From Tolypothrix carrinoi HA7290-LM1 (GTDB taxonomy: Bacteria; Cyanobacteriota; Cyanobacteriia; Cyanobacteriales; Nostocaceae), in assembly GCA_019358935.1 (NCBI GenBank), contig JAHHIK010000006.1:71597-135596 (forward strand): a stretch of 64,000 nucleotides of DNA, in the 5' to 3' direction. This document shows positions 36,871-46,769 of this stretch, in pieces (position 1 is the stretch's first letter; each line of letters begins with the position of its first letter). Below the pieces are notes generated by a model, which saw nothing but the letters and a program-made list of their open reading frames with translations, did not search any database and was not told the origin of the DNA. A program made the translations under genes and the position numbers.

Positions 36871-38511
36871 TCATTGCACAGTTTCTCTGAGCAGATTTAG
36901 TAGGTTGTGTTCTGTGTATGCGATCGCTTCCCCAGAATACCCGTGCAGCAATGAGCGCAAATTTTTCAAATGCATCTCTACCCCGCTTGCGTCTTTGAAT
37001 TTCAGGTGCAGACGTTCTTTAATCCGTGTCAGGATAAAACCTACTTGAATCGCTTTGATGTTGTCAGGCTCATCTTCCTTAACTAGTGCATGAATTCTTA
37101 GCAACCCTAGCTTTTCGATGGAGTTAGCTTGCATCGCTTCAATTATATCTTGAACAATTTGTTCGATGAATTGATTGATGACATAGCTCATCACTACAGG
37201 TTCAAGGGTGAATAAAGTTTCATGGCTACAGCAAGATGTTTGTTTTTCAATCAGCGCAGACGTAGTTTTATCAATTAAACATCGCCTTCCTAGAGATTCT
37301 AGCGCAGCCAGTAATTCCGAACAAGACACTTTAACCCCTAAGTTAGTTTTTAATTGAGCCAGGGAAATCGGCTGATATTCAATTGCCAAACAGTACAAAA
37401 TTGCCTTTTCTAAATCAGACAAGCGCTGAAAATGTTGGTTCAGAATGTGAGAAAAAATATCCCCAATTACTAAAGAGCTTTGTCCGATAAACTCAGTAAT
37501 ATTACCATTAAATAAATCTTGAATTGTAGTAGCAATAGTTTTTAAGGCGCTGGGATGACCTCGGTATATTTCAATTAACTCGTCTAACTTGTTCTCTGTA
37601 CCATAAAGACCTTTGGTAGCCAAAAGTTGTTTAGCATCTTTTGGCTTTAAGCCTTTAACTTCTAAAACACGTACAGGTGAAGTTTCACCAGCTTGAAAAA
37701 CAACTTCTATAGGTTTTTCCCGACTAACTAATACTAATGTGCTTTGGTGGCGTTCTCCTCCCACTCGTTTGAGAAATTCACCATAATCTTCATATCCTTG
37801 TCGATAGTATCCAGCGATATCTCCACCGCGCAAAATTGTCTCCCAATCATCTAGGATTAGCAAACAGCGGTGAGTTCGCAATTTTTTTAACAAAAGCGAT
37901 ATTTGAAGCTCGATTGTTGCTGGTAGTGTTTCTAATTCGCTGCCGAAAAATTGATTTAAATCTGTCAAAATTGCCAATAATGAAGGTGCATAGTGAAGAC
38001 TTCGCCAAATCAGATATTCAAACTCACCTTGAATCTGTTCTGCTAATTTAACGGCAAGAGATGTTTTGCCAATTCCCCCCATACCCAACAGCGTCACTAA
38101 ACGGCAACGGTCTTGTACTATCCATTGATTGAGGGTAGCAAGTTCATCAATGCGACCAAAGAAAACAGAAACATCAATTGCCTCACCCCAATCACAATGA
38201 TGAGTTTTGAATTCTGAGTTAGGAGTTATTATTCTCTCCATCACCTCAGGTGTTAATTGCCGTTCCAAGGCTACCTGAAAATTCGTTTTACTAACCTTTT
38301 CTCCCAGTACTTCCGAAAGTAGTTGCCATAATTTTGGACCAATATCTTGTTTTAAGTAGTCAGCAGTATATCCATAAGCTTCTGCAATCTCGTGATACTT
38401 CTGACCTTGCCACGAACCGCGAAGTATTGCCACTTCAATATCTTTTAGATGTCTTTTTCTCTTGGCAAAAACTGCTGTATCAACAACTTTGAATGCTTCT
38501 TCAAAGTCCAT
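36871..38511 (-). CDS. HTH + NB-ARC (STAND) protein without C-terminal WD40 sensor
   Basis: N-terminal HTH-like ILRGSWQGQKYHEIA...GPKLWQLLS; DWGEA..FFGR; Walker A GMGGIGKT; Walker B LLILDD; ends at NLLNLL; start set at MDFEEA. Confidence 0.85.
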   Translation of the reverse strand: MDFEEAFKVVDTAVFAKRKRHLKDIEVAILRGSWQGQKYHEIAEAYGYTADYLKQDIGPKLWQLLSEVLGEKVSKTNFQVALERQLTPEVMERIITPNSEFKTHHCDWGEAIDVSVFFGRIDELATLNQWIVQDRCRLVTLLGMGGIGKTSLAVKLAEQIQGEFEYLIWRSLHYAPSLLAILTDLNQFFGSELETLPATIELQISLLLKKLRTHRCLLILDDWETILRGGDIAGYYRQGYEDYGEFLKRVGGERHQSTLVLVSREKPIEVVFQAGETSPVRVLEVKGLKPKDAKQLLATKGLYGTENKLDELIEIYRGHPSALKTIATTIQDLFNGNITEFIGQSSLVIGDIFSHILNQHFQRLSDLEKAILYCLAIEYQPISLAQLKTNLGVKVSCSELLAALESLGRRCLIDKTTSALIEKQTSCCSHETLFTLEPVVMSYVINQFIEQIVQDIIEAMQANSIEKLGLLRIHALVKEDEPDNIKAIQVGFILTRIKERLHLKFKDASGVEMHLKNLRSLLHGYSGEAIAYTEHNLLNLLRETVQ

Positions 38512-38958
38512 TGTTCCGACGTACATCTCACTACAGGGATACATATTAAATTTGCAACTTTCCGGATTTGTTCGTTGTGTTGCGTAAATAGCGAATAATT
38601 CGAGACAAATCCCTATTTTCATAATTTTATTTGTAAACAGGGAAATTGCCTGAGTACTATTCAGCACTTACACATTGACAAAAATTTGATTATGTTAATC
38701 AGACTTATTAAATTCCTTCTTTAATTAAATGCAAGCAAAATCAACTTATGCAGTGCCTGAGATATAAATGAAAAGTTTTTGCGCTCATCTGACTATTGCC
38801 CAAGCGCACCTAAGTTAACACTGGCTCGTTACGCATACAATAATCGATTTGTCAAGTATTAAGCCTTACTATTGTAAAAAAGTTGCTGATACTTTCGCAG
38901 TACCCTCAAGGGTAATATTCAGTTGGAGTGTTGCAGAAAAGACTTCAATTTACAGCAC

Positions 38959-38992
38959 CTGAATTTTTCTGACTTTTTCTGAACTAACCTGC
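38959..38992. promoter_or_regulatory. Helically phased direct repeats in the divergent promoter region
   Basis: CTGA at 38959, 38969, 38979 and CTGC at 38989 (10-bp period); tttttctga occurs twice. Confidence 0.45.
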
Positions 38993-39147
38993 GTTTTGCA
39001 AATGCGATCGCCAAGATAAAAGTCCTTAACTTATCCATATCGACGGTTGAAAGTTTATAAGCGAACCTGTTAGTAACGGTTCAGAAACAAGCTTATGAAA
39101 GCAACTGAACCGCCAAAAAAGTCACAAACAAACAGGAGTTCAAATTT

Positions 39148-39261
39148 ATGAAAACTATGACATCCACAAAGCAAGAACTGAAACCGATGAAGAAATTCGT
39201 CATCCGCGAAGCCGAAACGCTCAAGACCACGAGACCAGCTATGTATAATCCTGATTGCTAG
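39148..39261 (+). CDS. Unannotated 37-aa peptide MKTMTSTKQELKPMKKFVIREAETLKTTRPAMYNPDC, putative precursor
   Basis: AGGAG RBS upstream of the ATG, double TAG TAG stop, downstream hairpins, precedes an RRE-like-M50 protease. Confidence 0.75.
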   Translation: MKTMTSTKQELKPMKKFVIREAETLKTTRPAMYNPDC

Positions 39262-39294
39262 TAGTTCACCAAAGCAAATTTGATGGTCGTGAAA

Positions 39295-39350
39295 GTTCGT
39301 AGTAAGGGCTTCAGCCCTTGTAATTGAGCGATAAATCGCTCACTACGAAC
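39295..39350. repeat. REP-like double-hairpin repeat
   Basis: gttcgtagt-aagggct/agccctt-gagcgat/atcgctc-actacgaac. Confidence 0.7.
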
Positions 39351-39385
39351 CACGCAAACATTGAGCGTCAGTTAAGTGCTTATGA

Positions 39386-39417
39386 TTGGAATCGCCATTC
39401 CTAGATGGCGGTTCCAA
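39386..39417 (+). terminator. Stem-loop between the peptide gene and the protease gene
   Basis: ttggaatcgccat-tcctag-atggcggttccaa, 13-bp stem with one G-U pair; no U-tract. Confidence 0.55.
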
Positions 39418-39439
39418 CTACCCTTGAAGGAAAATATCA

Positions 39440-40669
39440 ATGGGGCAGTATACAGGTGACATGCTTGTTGCGGTTTATCCGTTTACTCGGCAATCTGAGG
39501 GTGAGGAAGTCGTCATCGGACGTACAGATACTGCTGTGTTCTTGGTCTTACCGTCTGATGCTGTAGAACTGCTGGATTACCTGGCGGACGGTAAGACGGT
39601 GAGTCAAGCCCAATCATTATATCAGGAAAAGTATGGTGAAGTTCCTGATATCGAGGAGTTGCTGGACTTTCTAGAGCGCAAGGGGTTCGTCCAATTCTTA
39701 GAAAAAAATGGAAATACAGTATTTGTCTCAAGCGCTGAAAAACCAACTCAATTACGCTTTCACTTCGCGAATTTTCCCCGATCGCTAGCCCAAAGATTAT
39801 TCAGCCGTCCGGTGCTGATTAGCTGTGGTGTCCTAATCGGTCTAGCTTTGGTAGCGATCGCCCTCGAACCTTCTATTGTACCAGGATGGGGGGCGCACTT
39901 TTTCCAGAAAAACTTGACGCTGATGCGTTTGGTTTTGATTCTGATGAGCTACTTGGTGCTATTTTTACACGAAATGGCTCATTTAATTGCTGCGCGAGCC
40001 GTTGGTGTTTCCTCTCGCATGGGTATCAGCAATCGTCTCTGGATACTGGTAGCAGAAACAGATATGACCGGGGTCTGGGCAGTACCTAGAAATCAACGCT
40101 ATTTACCATTTATCGCTGGTTCACTGCTGGATGCAGTTTCTGCTTCGGTCCTGACTCTAATGTTGTTTGCCCACAGTCACGCATGGCTGGTGCTGCCTTT
40201 GGTTGTTTTCCAACTCAGTCGAGCGATGTTGCTGATCTATCTGCTTGGTCTGCTTTGGCAATGCTACTTTTTTGTCCGCACCGACTTTTATTATGTCATT
40301 GGCAATTTCTTCAGATGCAAAAGCTTGATGAAAGACACCGAGGTATACCTGCGTAACCAATTAGCTCGATTCACTCGCTCGGTACGCAAGGTAAATCAGT
40401 CTCACATCCCGGCATTTGAAAGACGTGTGATTCGCATTTATGCAATTCTCTGGCTCGTGGGTCGTATTGCCGCTTTTGGAGTCTTATTCTTGATTAGCAT
40501 TCCGTTGATGTGGCACTACTATTTGGCTGTTTTCGGTGTTTTAAGTGCTGGGTATCAGACTAACCCTTACGCCTTTATCGATGCATTATTAATGCTATTA
40601 CTTGTTCTCACCCCCAAGGGTGTCGGCTTTTGGCTTTGGATTCGTAGTTTTCGTTCTTCACAGAGGTGA
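39440..40669 (+). CDS. M50-like intramembrane zinc metalloprotease with N-terminal PqqD/RRE-like domain
   Basis: Short beta-strands then helices (AVELLDYLADGKTVSQAQSLY...IEELLDFLERKGFV); HEMAH in a TM segment; ETD, AGSLLD, RTDFYY; multiple TM helices. Confidence 0.8.
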   Translation: MGQYTGDMLVAVYPFTRQSEGEEVVIGRTDTAVFLVLPSDAVELLDYLADGKTVSQAQSLYQEKYGEVPDIEELLDFLERKGFVQFLEKNGNTVFVSSAEKPTQLRFHFANFPRSLAQRLFSRPVLISCGVLIGLALVAIALEPSIVPGWGAHFFQKNLTLMRLVLILMSYLVLFLHEMAHLIAARAVGVSSRMGISNRLWILVAETDMTGVWAVPRNQRYLPFIAGSLLDAVSASVLTLMLFAHSHAWLVLPLVVFQLSRAMLLIYLLGLLWQCYFFVRTDFYYVIGNFFRCKSLMKDTEVYLRNQLARFTRSVRKVNQSHIPAFERRVIRIYAILWLVGRIAAFGVLFLISIPLMWHYYLAVFGVLSAGYQTNPYAFIDALLMLLLVLTPKGVGFWLWIRSFRSSQR

Positions 40670-40675
40670 TTATTT

Positions 40676-42679
40676 ATGGAATGGCAGCATAACATGCCGA
40701 CACAACCCTTAAACTTGACTGGTGAGGTGATTTTGTTAGAAGCAGAACCCGGTCAGTCTCGTCGCGATCGCCTACAGCAATGTCTCCACCAAGCCCAAGC
40801 TAGTGGAGCATCTACTTGGCTGTTATCGTGCGATCGCGATCAAGGCGGTCTTTGGGCTGGTCTAAAGGATCTGTTAAACGATTTAATCCCCAAAATCCAG
40901 GCTGAAGCACCCGATTTGCTCATCAAGCACGATTATGAGTTAGTCAGTGTTTTACCTGCCTTGCAGCGAACAATATCGGTTCGGAACCCGACCTTAACGG
41001 ACACAGTTCGGGCACACGAGCAGGTGCGGAACTATCCAGCTGACCGAACTTTTCGGATCGTGCATGGACTGATCGATCTCCTGGCTGCTTGGCATCAACG
41101 CGATCCTCACTCTGCCTGGATAATTGCCTGCGATCGCTTTGATCGTGCTGGGGCTTTAGTACGCCGCTTTTTTGTTGAACTGATGCGTCGTCGCGGTCAA
41201 CAATTGCATCTGACTCTGCTGATTGCTACTGACCCAATGAAGAGTGAAACTGTAGTTAGTCAGTTTGACGCTAAGTACCTGGGACAGTGCATACGATTGA
41301 ACCTGCCAGCCGATCCGACTACCTCCGTCTGCCAACAGGAAATGCGCCGCTTGACCGAAGAACTTGAACAGCAGGTAGGAGAAGATGCAATCGAGCTAGA
41401 GATTTATCTGCCACAGCTGATTCGTTATTGCTTACTTAGTAACCAACCAGAGAAAGCTCTCAGCTATCAAATACAAGCTTGCATAATCTATACCAGACGG
41501 GGTTTTTACGAGGATGGCTTAGTTTATGGTGAAGCTGCCTTGGCACAGCTGGAGCGTTACTGCCCGGAGGACATGCAAAAGCGCTGTATTATTTATGCAA
41601 AGCTATACGGATGTTATACAGCTCTGGGCAGACCTTTGCAAGCCCTTCAGGTGATGGAGGAGACAATGGCTAAGGCAGACAATCCAGATCAGCTGTTTCG
41701 AGGCTGCTACATGATAGCTATGCTGTACGCCCGCTTTCTTCTGGACCGTGACCTAACTAAGGCTGAAGCTTACCTAGAACGAGGCTTGCAAGAACTAACG
41801 CGAACCGACCTACCGAAACACTTAAAACTTTTTCATACTGCCTTTAACCGCAATGGGTTGGCGCTGTTACGGCATCGCCAAGGGCGATCGCATGAGGCTG
41901 TGGAAATATGTCAGTTTTGCTTTGAGCAACTCAACGCTCATCTCAAACCAAATGAACATCTTCTTCATCGGTCGGTTTTGCTGTATAATATTGCTCAGGT
42001 TTATACTGCCATTGGTTCTCATGAAGAGGCTATTTCTTACCTAACCAATGCGATGGCAATGGACTCCAATTATTCCGAATACTACAACGATCGCGGCAAC
42101 TTATACTTTAAGCTCGGTCGCTTCCAGGATGCCCTGCAAGACTATTTGAAAGCGATCGAGTTAAGTCCCCCTTATTGGGAGGTTTGGTCAAATTTAGGAC
42201 AGTGCTATCGCTCCTTAAGTAAAATTACTGAAGCTATAAATGCTTTTTCCACCGCTATTGATTTAGATCCAAATCAATTTTCAGCTCTGCTAGCACGCGC
42301 AGAAGTATTTGAGATGTTAGAGCAGCCGGACGCAGCCTTGGCAGATTATAATGCAGCATTAGCTTTAGATGCCAACCAGCCTCTAGCACTAGCAAATCGT
42401 GCCATTTTACATTACGATGCCGGATGCTATGAAGAAGCTTTGGCAGATTTAGAAAGGGCGATCGCTCTCTCACCAGAAACTGCCGATTTATACCAAAATC
42501 GGGCAGTAGCATTAACTTCTTTGGGACGTTTTCAAGAAGCAGCACGGGATTTGAAGACTTACCTACAGTTGTGTCCTTTTGCCGAAGATCGTCCCGAAGT
42601 GGAAAGCCAGCTATTAGCTCTACAAACTAACTGTCAATCATTGTCCACATCTGCAAATACAGATTCTAAATCCCGATAA
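40676..42679 (+). CDS. TPR protein with degenerate ATPase-like N-terminal domain
   Basis: Multiple C-terminal TPRs (YYNDRGNLY, WSNLGQCY, LANRAILH, YQNRAVAL); N-terminal VILLEAEPGQSRR and WIIACDRFD resemble decayed Walker A/B. Confidence 0.8.
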   Translation: MEWQHNMPTQPLNLTGEVILLEAEPGQSRRDRLQQCLHQAQASGASTWLLSCDRDQGGLWAGLKDLLNDLIPKIQAEAPDLLIKHDYELVSVLPALQRTISVRNPTLTDTVRAHEQVRNYPADRTFRIVHGLIDLLAAWHQRDPHSAWIIACDRFDRAGALVRRFFVELMRRRGQQLHLTLLIATDPMKSETVVSQFDAKYLGQCIRLNLPADPTTSVCQQEMRRLTEELEQQVGEDAIELEIYLPQLIRYCLLSNQPEKALSYQIQACIIYTRRGFYEDGLVYGEAALAQLERYCPEDMQKRCIIYAKLYGCYTALGRPLQALQVMEETMAKADNPDQLFRGCYMIAMLYARFLLDRDLTKAEAYLERGLQELTRTDLPKHLKLFHTAFNRNGLALLRHRQGRSHEAVEICQFCFEQLNAHLKPNEHLLHRSVLLYNIAQVYTAIGSHEEAISYLTNAMAMDSNYSEYYNDRGNLYFKLGRFQDALQDYLKAIELSPPYWEVWSNLGQCYRSLSKITEAINAFSTAIDLDPNQFSALLARAEVFEMLEQPDAALADYNAALALDANQPLALANRAILHYDAGCYEEALADLERAIALSPETADLYQNRAVALTSLGRFQEAARDLKTYLQLCPFAEDRPEVESQLLALQTNCQSLSTSANTDSKSR

Positions 42680-42939
42680 CCACTAACTACCCGCACAATC
42701 ACAACACTATCTTCAAAAACTCGATAAAAAATAATGTAGCCATCCAACGGGATTCCTCTGGTCCTGGGGTCAAACTTGGCGTAACTTCGCCCTATATTCG
42801 GGAATTGAGCTATATTTTGGCATTTTTTATTAAATTCTCGAATAAATCTTTCCCCTGCGTTGACATTGCGAACTAAAAAATAATCCAAAATTTCATCTAA
42901 ATCTTGGCTTGCTTCCTTGGCAATAAAGTATTCCATCAT
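42634..42939 (-). CDS. parE: ParE/RelE family toxin
   Basis: ASQDLDEILDY, FPNIGR, YIIFYR, IVRVVSGYRDL. Confidence 0.9.
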   Translation of the reverse strand: MMEYFIAKEASQDLDEILDYFLVRNVNAGERFIREFNKKCQNIAQFPNIGRSYAKFDPRTRGIPLDGYIIFYRVFEDSVVIVRVVSGYRDLESVFADVDND

Positions 42940-43202
42940 CCTTGAGTGTCACGGGCTTTGCGTAATTTCTCCTCCAGTCGTGCCATCACCACTTCACCAT
43001 CTATTACGTCTCCACGTTCGATAGAAAAAAGCCCAGCAGCTAGTTTTTTCTTAGTTTCTTCTTCCCATTCCTGATAACCCTTCTCCCATTCTTCCAGCAG
43101 TTTCAATGCTTTAACAATCACATCTTCAGCATTTTCATATCTACCTGTAGCAATTCGGGTTTGTATAAATTGCTCATATTCCGCTTTCAGTTGGATGTTC
43201 AT
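42936..43202 (-). CDS. parD: ParD-family RHH antitoxin
   Basis: MNIQLKAEYEQFIQ...GRYENAEDVIVKALKLL; ATGA overlap with the toxin. Confidence 0.88.
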   Translation of the reverse strand: MNIQLKAEYEQFIQTRIATGRYENAEDVIVKALKLLEEWEKGYQEWEEETKKKLAAGLFSIERGDVIDGEVVMARLEEKLRKARDTQG

Positions 43203-43282
43203 AGTTTTTACCACACTTGATTTTTTCTGACTTTTGTACAGACGTTCGGTGTGGAACGTCTCTACAACTCCTGTATTCTTTT

Positions 43283-44956
43283 TTATTCTTTCTCAGTAAG
43301 TGGCAGACGGACAACAAAAACAGTACCAACTCCCGGCTCACTTTTCACAGTAATTTCACCACCCATCATCAAGCAAAAATGGCGACTAATTGCCAATCCC
43401 AATCCAGTACCGCCATACTTTTTCGTAGTTGAAGTATCGCCTTGAGTAAAAGGCTGAAATAACTGCTTTTGTTGACTTTCAGTCATGCCGATGCCTGTAT
43501 CGGCAACGGTGAAAGTAATCATGCCCAAAGGTGCGTATGGTAATAAATGTTCCTTATCTCTTTTAATTGCCAGCGTCACCTTGCCGTTAGTGGTAAACTT
43601 TGCGGCATTACTCAGCAAATTTAACAGCACTTGCCGCAGCCTAGTTTGATCGGCATACATCGTGCCAAGTTCGCGATCGTAATCGAGTTCTAAAGTATTG
43701 CCATTTTTTTCTACCGCAGGTTTGACTGTTGAGATGACGTTATTAATCAGCATGGCAATTTCAAACGTCTCCGGATAAAGAGTCATTTTCTCGGCTTCTA
43801 TTTTCGACAAGTCGAGGATATCGTTAATTAGTTCGAGTAAATGCCTGCCTGCGGAGTTGATTGTTTCCAAATCTGTGATAAAATCTCCCGTCACACCTAA
43901 ATCAACCGCATCATCTTGCAAAAGTTGGCTCAAACCGATAACAGCATTTAATGGTGTGCGTAACTCGTGACTTACATTTGCCAAAAATCGGCTTTTTGCC
44001 TTGTTAGCAGCTTCGGCTTGTTCTTTAGCTTGTTGTAGTTCTTTAGTCCGCTGAGATACGCGCTCAATCAGATGATTGAGAGATTTAGCTAACAAGCCAA
44101 TTTCATCTTCAGTGGTGATGGGAGCTCGCAAATCGAAATTAGATTTTCTTGCTACCTGTTCGGCAACTTGAGTGACAACGATTACAGGTTCAGCGATCGC
44201 TCTGGAAGTTCGCCATGCGATAATCGCGGCGATCGCTACTGACACTAACATGCTGAGGATAACGATAAATCTCTCAACTTTTTTCGTCTCTTCTACATCT
44301 TCTGTGCTTTTGCGCTCTTTCTCTTGGGCACTTTGTAAAATATTAGCTAATGTTTGAGAAAGCTGATCTAGCCGTGCGGCTTTTTCACCACGCATAACTG
44401 CCAACAATTTTTCTTGGGCTGTAGAAAGTTCCGTTTGTTGCACTTGCGGCTTGTCAATTTGCTGCAAAATAGGCTCGATTTCCCCAACATATGCATCTAA
44501 GCTAGTCGCGTAATCCTGCAATAAAGCCTGCAAACTTGCCTGACTAGAAGCTAACTTCTTCGGTTTGCTTTCTATAAAGCTGACAATTTCTGGTGTCAAT
44601 TTCTTTGCTCTGTCAACACTCTGGAGAAATTCGGCGTTTGTGGCAGCTAATCGTTCTTTTTCTTGGACTAGAGCAACCAAATTTGAGCTATGTAATTGCG
44701 CTCCTACTACCGCATTTTGATAATCAGACAGTAGTTGTCCTTGGTGGTGAGCTTGATTTAATTGGATAATTCCTTGTCCCCGATAGGAATTAGCGATTAC
44801 CAATCCGGTAAGCGAACCGAAAAAGCCAATCCCAATCGCCAGAAAGTACCCATAGCCAATTTTTTGATGGATGCGCCATGAGCTTGCTTTAAGTTTCCCT
44901 CTTGAGGGAAATTCTATAGTAGGGAGTTCATCCATCGATGGCTCTTCGGCTGACAC
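43283..44956 (-). CDS. Membrane sensor histidine kinase (2 TM, HAMP, HisKA, HATPase)
   Basis: [37 protein letters not shown]. Confidence 0.9.
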   Translation of the reverse strand: MSAEEPSMDELPTIEFPSRGKLKASSWRIHQKIGYGYFLAIGIGFFGSLTGLVIANSYRGQGIIQLNQAHHQGQLLSDYQNAVVGAQLHSSNLVALVQEKERLAATNAEFLQSVDRAKKLTPEIVSFIESKPKKLASSQASLQALLQDYATSLDAYVGEIEPILQQIDKPQVQQTELSTAQEKLLAVMRGEKAARLDQLSQTLANILQSAQEKERKSTEDVEETKKVERFIVILSMLVSVAIAAIIAWRTSRAIAEPVIVVTQVAEQVARKSNFDLRAPITTEDEIGLLAKSLNHLIERVSQRTKELQQAKEQAEAANKAKSRFLANVSHELRTPLNAVIGLSQLLQDDAVDLGVTGDFITDLETINSAGRHLLELINDILDLSKIEAEKMTLYPETFEIAMLINNVISTVKPAVEKNGNTLELDYDRELGTMYADQTRLRQVLLNLLSNAAKFTTNGKVTLAIKRDKEHLLPYAPLGMITFTVADTGIGMTESQQKQLFQPFTQGDTSTTKKYGGTGLGLAISRHFCLMMGGEITVKSEPGVGTVFVVRLPLTEKE

Positions 44957-45232
44957 TGTTTTACTTTATAAATTACTGTCAATAGTTGATTGCAGCAAGA
45001 TAAACGACAGTATACTGCATCTCTAGCCTAATATAGCCTAAAGCCAGTTCTACGCCTGCACTCATAAAGCAGCAAACTGCGTTCAGCTTCGCCGATTAAT
45101 CTGCGGCATGAAAAAACATAAAGCCGCGCATCAAGCCAATAATAATGAGGGCATAAGCAACTTATATAGTTGCCCATACCCTCAATAGCACTTACTTCGT
45201 AGTCAGCGTGGATAGCGCTTATTCGCCACTCT

Positions 45233-46507
45233 TTAGGTGAGTGCCTTCGACATCGCTTGAGAAAGTGAACTATTTGCGGCTTGCTTCAACAATTCTGCCT
45301 TGTCAGTACGTTCCCAAGGCAAATCTAAATCAGTCCGTCCCAAATGACCGTAAGCCGCGATGTCCTGATAAAAACGTCCGCCTCTTTCACTTGGTTGGTT
45401 GCGTAAGTTGAAGCTATGAATAATCCCCAAAGGACGCAGTTCAAAGTGCTGTTTGACTAATTCCAGCAAAATTTCGTCATCTACTTTGCCTGTACCAAAA
45501 GTATCCACATAAATGCTTGTCGGTCTAGCTACGCCGATCGCATAACTCAACTGGACTTCACATTTTTCTGCCAATTCTGCGGCGACAATATTTTTCGCCA
45601 CATAGCGACAAGCATAAGCAGCACTGCGGTCTACTTTCGTGGGGTCTTTGCCAGAGAAAGCACCACCACCATGACGCGAGTAACCACCGTAGGTATCAAC
45701 GATGATTTTCCGTCCAGTCAAGCCGGAGTCACCTTGAGGACCACCAACAACAAATTTACCGGTGGGGTTGACTAAAAAGCGTGTCTCTTCATCCGGCTTA
45801 ATGTTGATGTCGGCAAAAACAGGTTCGACTACTGCTGTCCAGAGGTCTTGTTTAATTTTGGCTTGTACTGCGGCTTCATCGGTGATTTCCCCAATAGTGG
45901 CTGTATGTTGGGTGGAAATCAAAATAGTGTCAATACCTACCGGGCGTCCGTCTTCGTAGACGATGGTGACTTGAGTTTTGCCATCAGGACGCAGGTAAGG
46001 TAAATCGCCTGTTTTGCGGACTGCTGCCAATCGGCGAGCAATGCGGTGTGCCAAACAAATAGGCAGAGGCATCAATTCTGGTGTTTCGTTGCAAGCGAAG
46101 CCGAACATGATACCTTGGTCGCCAGCACCAGTTTTATCGAATAGTTCATCACTATCCTCTTCGCGGGTTTCTTGGGCGGTATTTACGCCTTGGGCAATGT
46201 CAGGCGATTGTTCGTCCAATGCTACCAAGACGCTGGCGCTATTTGCCGAAAAGCCGTTATCGGCATCGGTATAGCCAATTTCAGCAATTTTCTTTCTGGC
46301 GAGATTGACGAAATTGACATTCGCTTTGGTGGTTATTTCACCAGTGATTAACACCAAGCCAGTGTTAACCACGACTTCAGCTGCAACGCGGCTACTAGGG
46401 TCTTGTGCTAGTAGAGCATCCAGAATCGTATCAGAAATCTGATCGCAGATTTTATCGGGATGACCTTCGGTAACAGACTCGGAGGTAAATAAATAGCGAC
46501 GAGACAA
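45233..46507 (-). CDS. metK: S-adenosylmethionine synthetase
   Basis: [32 protein letters not shown] start behind GGAGG. Confidence 0.97.
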   Translation of the reverse strand: MSRRYLFTSESVTEGHPDKICDQISDTILDALLAQDPSSRVAAEVVVNTGLVLITGEITTKANVNFVNLARKKIAEIGYTDADNGFSANSASVLVALDEQSPDIAQGVNTAQETREEDSDELFDKTGAGDQGIMFGFACNETPELMPLPICLAHRIARRLAAVRKTGDLPYLRPDGKTQVTIVYEDGRPVGIDTILISTQHTATIGEITDEAAVQAKIKQDLWTAVVEPVFADINIKPDEETRFLVNPTGKFVVGGPQGDSGLTGRKIIVDTYGGYSRHGGGAFSGKDPTKVDRSAAYACRYVAKNIVAAELAEKCEVQLSYAIGVARPTSIYVDTFGTGKVDDEILLELVKQHFELRPLGIIHSFNLRNQPSERGGRFYQDIAAYGHLGRTDLDLPWERTDKAELLKQAANSSLSQAMSKALT

Positions 46508-46710
46508 AGGCAATTCCTCCTGTGATTGTGCCACTGAACTAAGTGCAAGCATTTAGTTCAACTACTAATTTATGAAATCATAACAAGATTTTTACAATTA
46601 ACTCTTAGTGTTTCTTTTATCTTCATGAAAACACTAAATCTTTGGTAATCTCTTTAATATAAATAAAAATTACGCTACCTGTATTCAAGTTAAAATACTG
46701 ATTTTTAGAC

Positions 46711-46741
46711 AAAAAAATAGGGGCTGCACTCATGCACCCCC
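46711..46741 (-). terminator. Rho-independent terminator after prk
   Basis: ggggtgca...tgcagcccc stem followed by a T-tract on the minus strand. Confidence 0.65.
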
Positions 46742-46769
46742 AAAAGCTTTGACACAAAGACTGCTGCTT

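Noticed and set aside
38512..38667. Longer N-terminus for the NB-ARC protein
   Set aside because: Starts at a non-ATG codon and does not look protein-like; the HTH domain begins at MDFEEA
46508..46710. SAM riboswitch upstream of metK
   Set aside because: AT-rich with no SAM-I/II consensus
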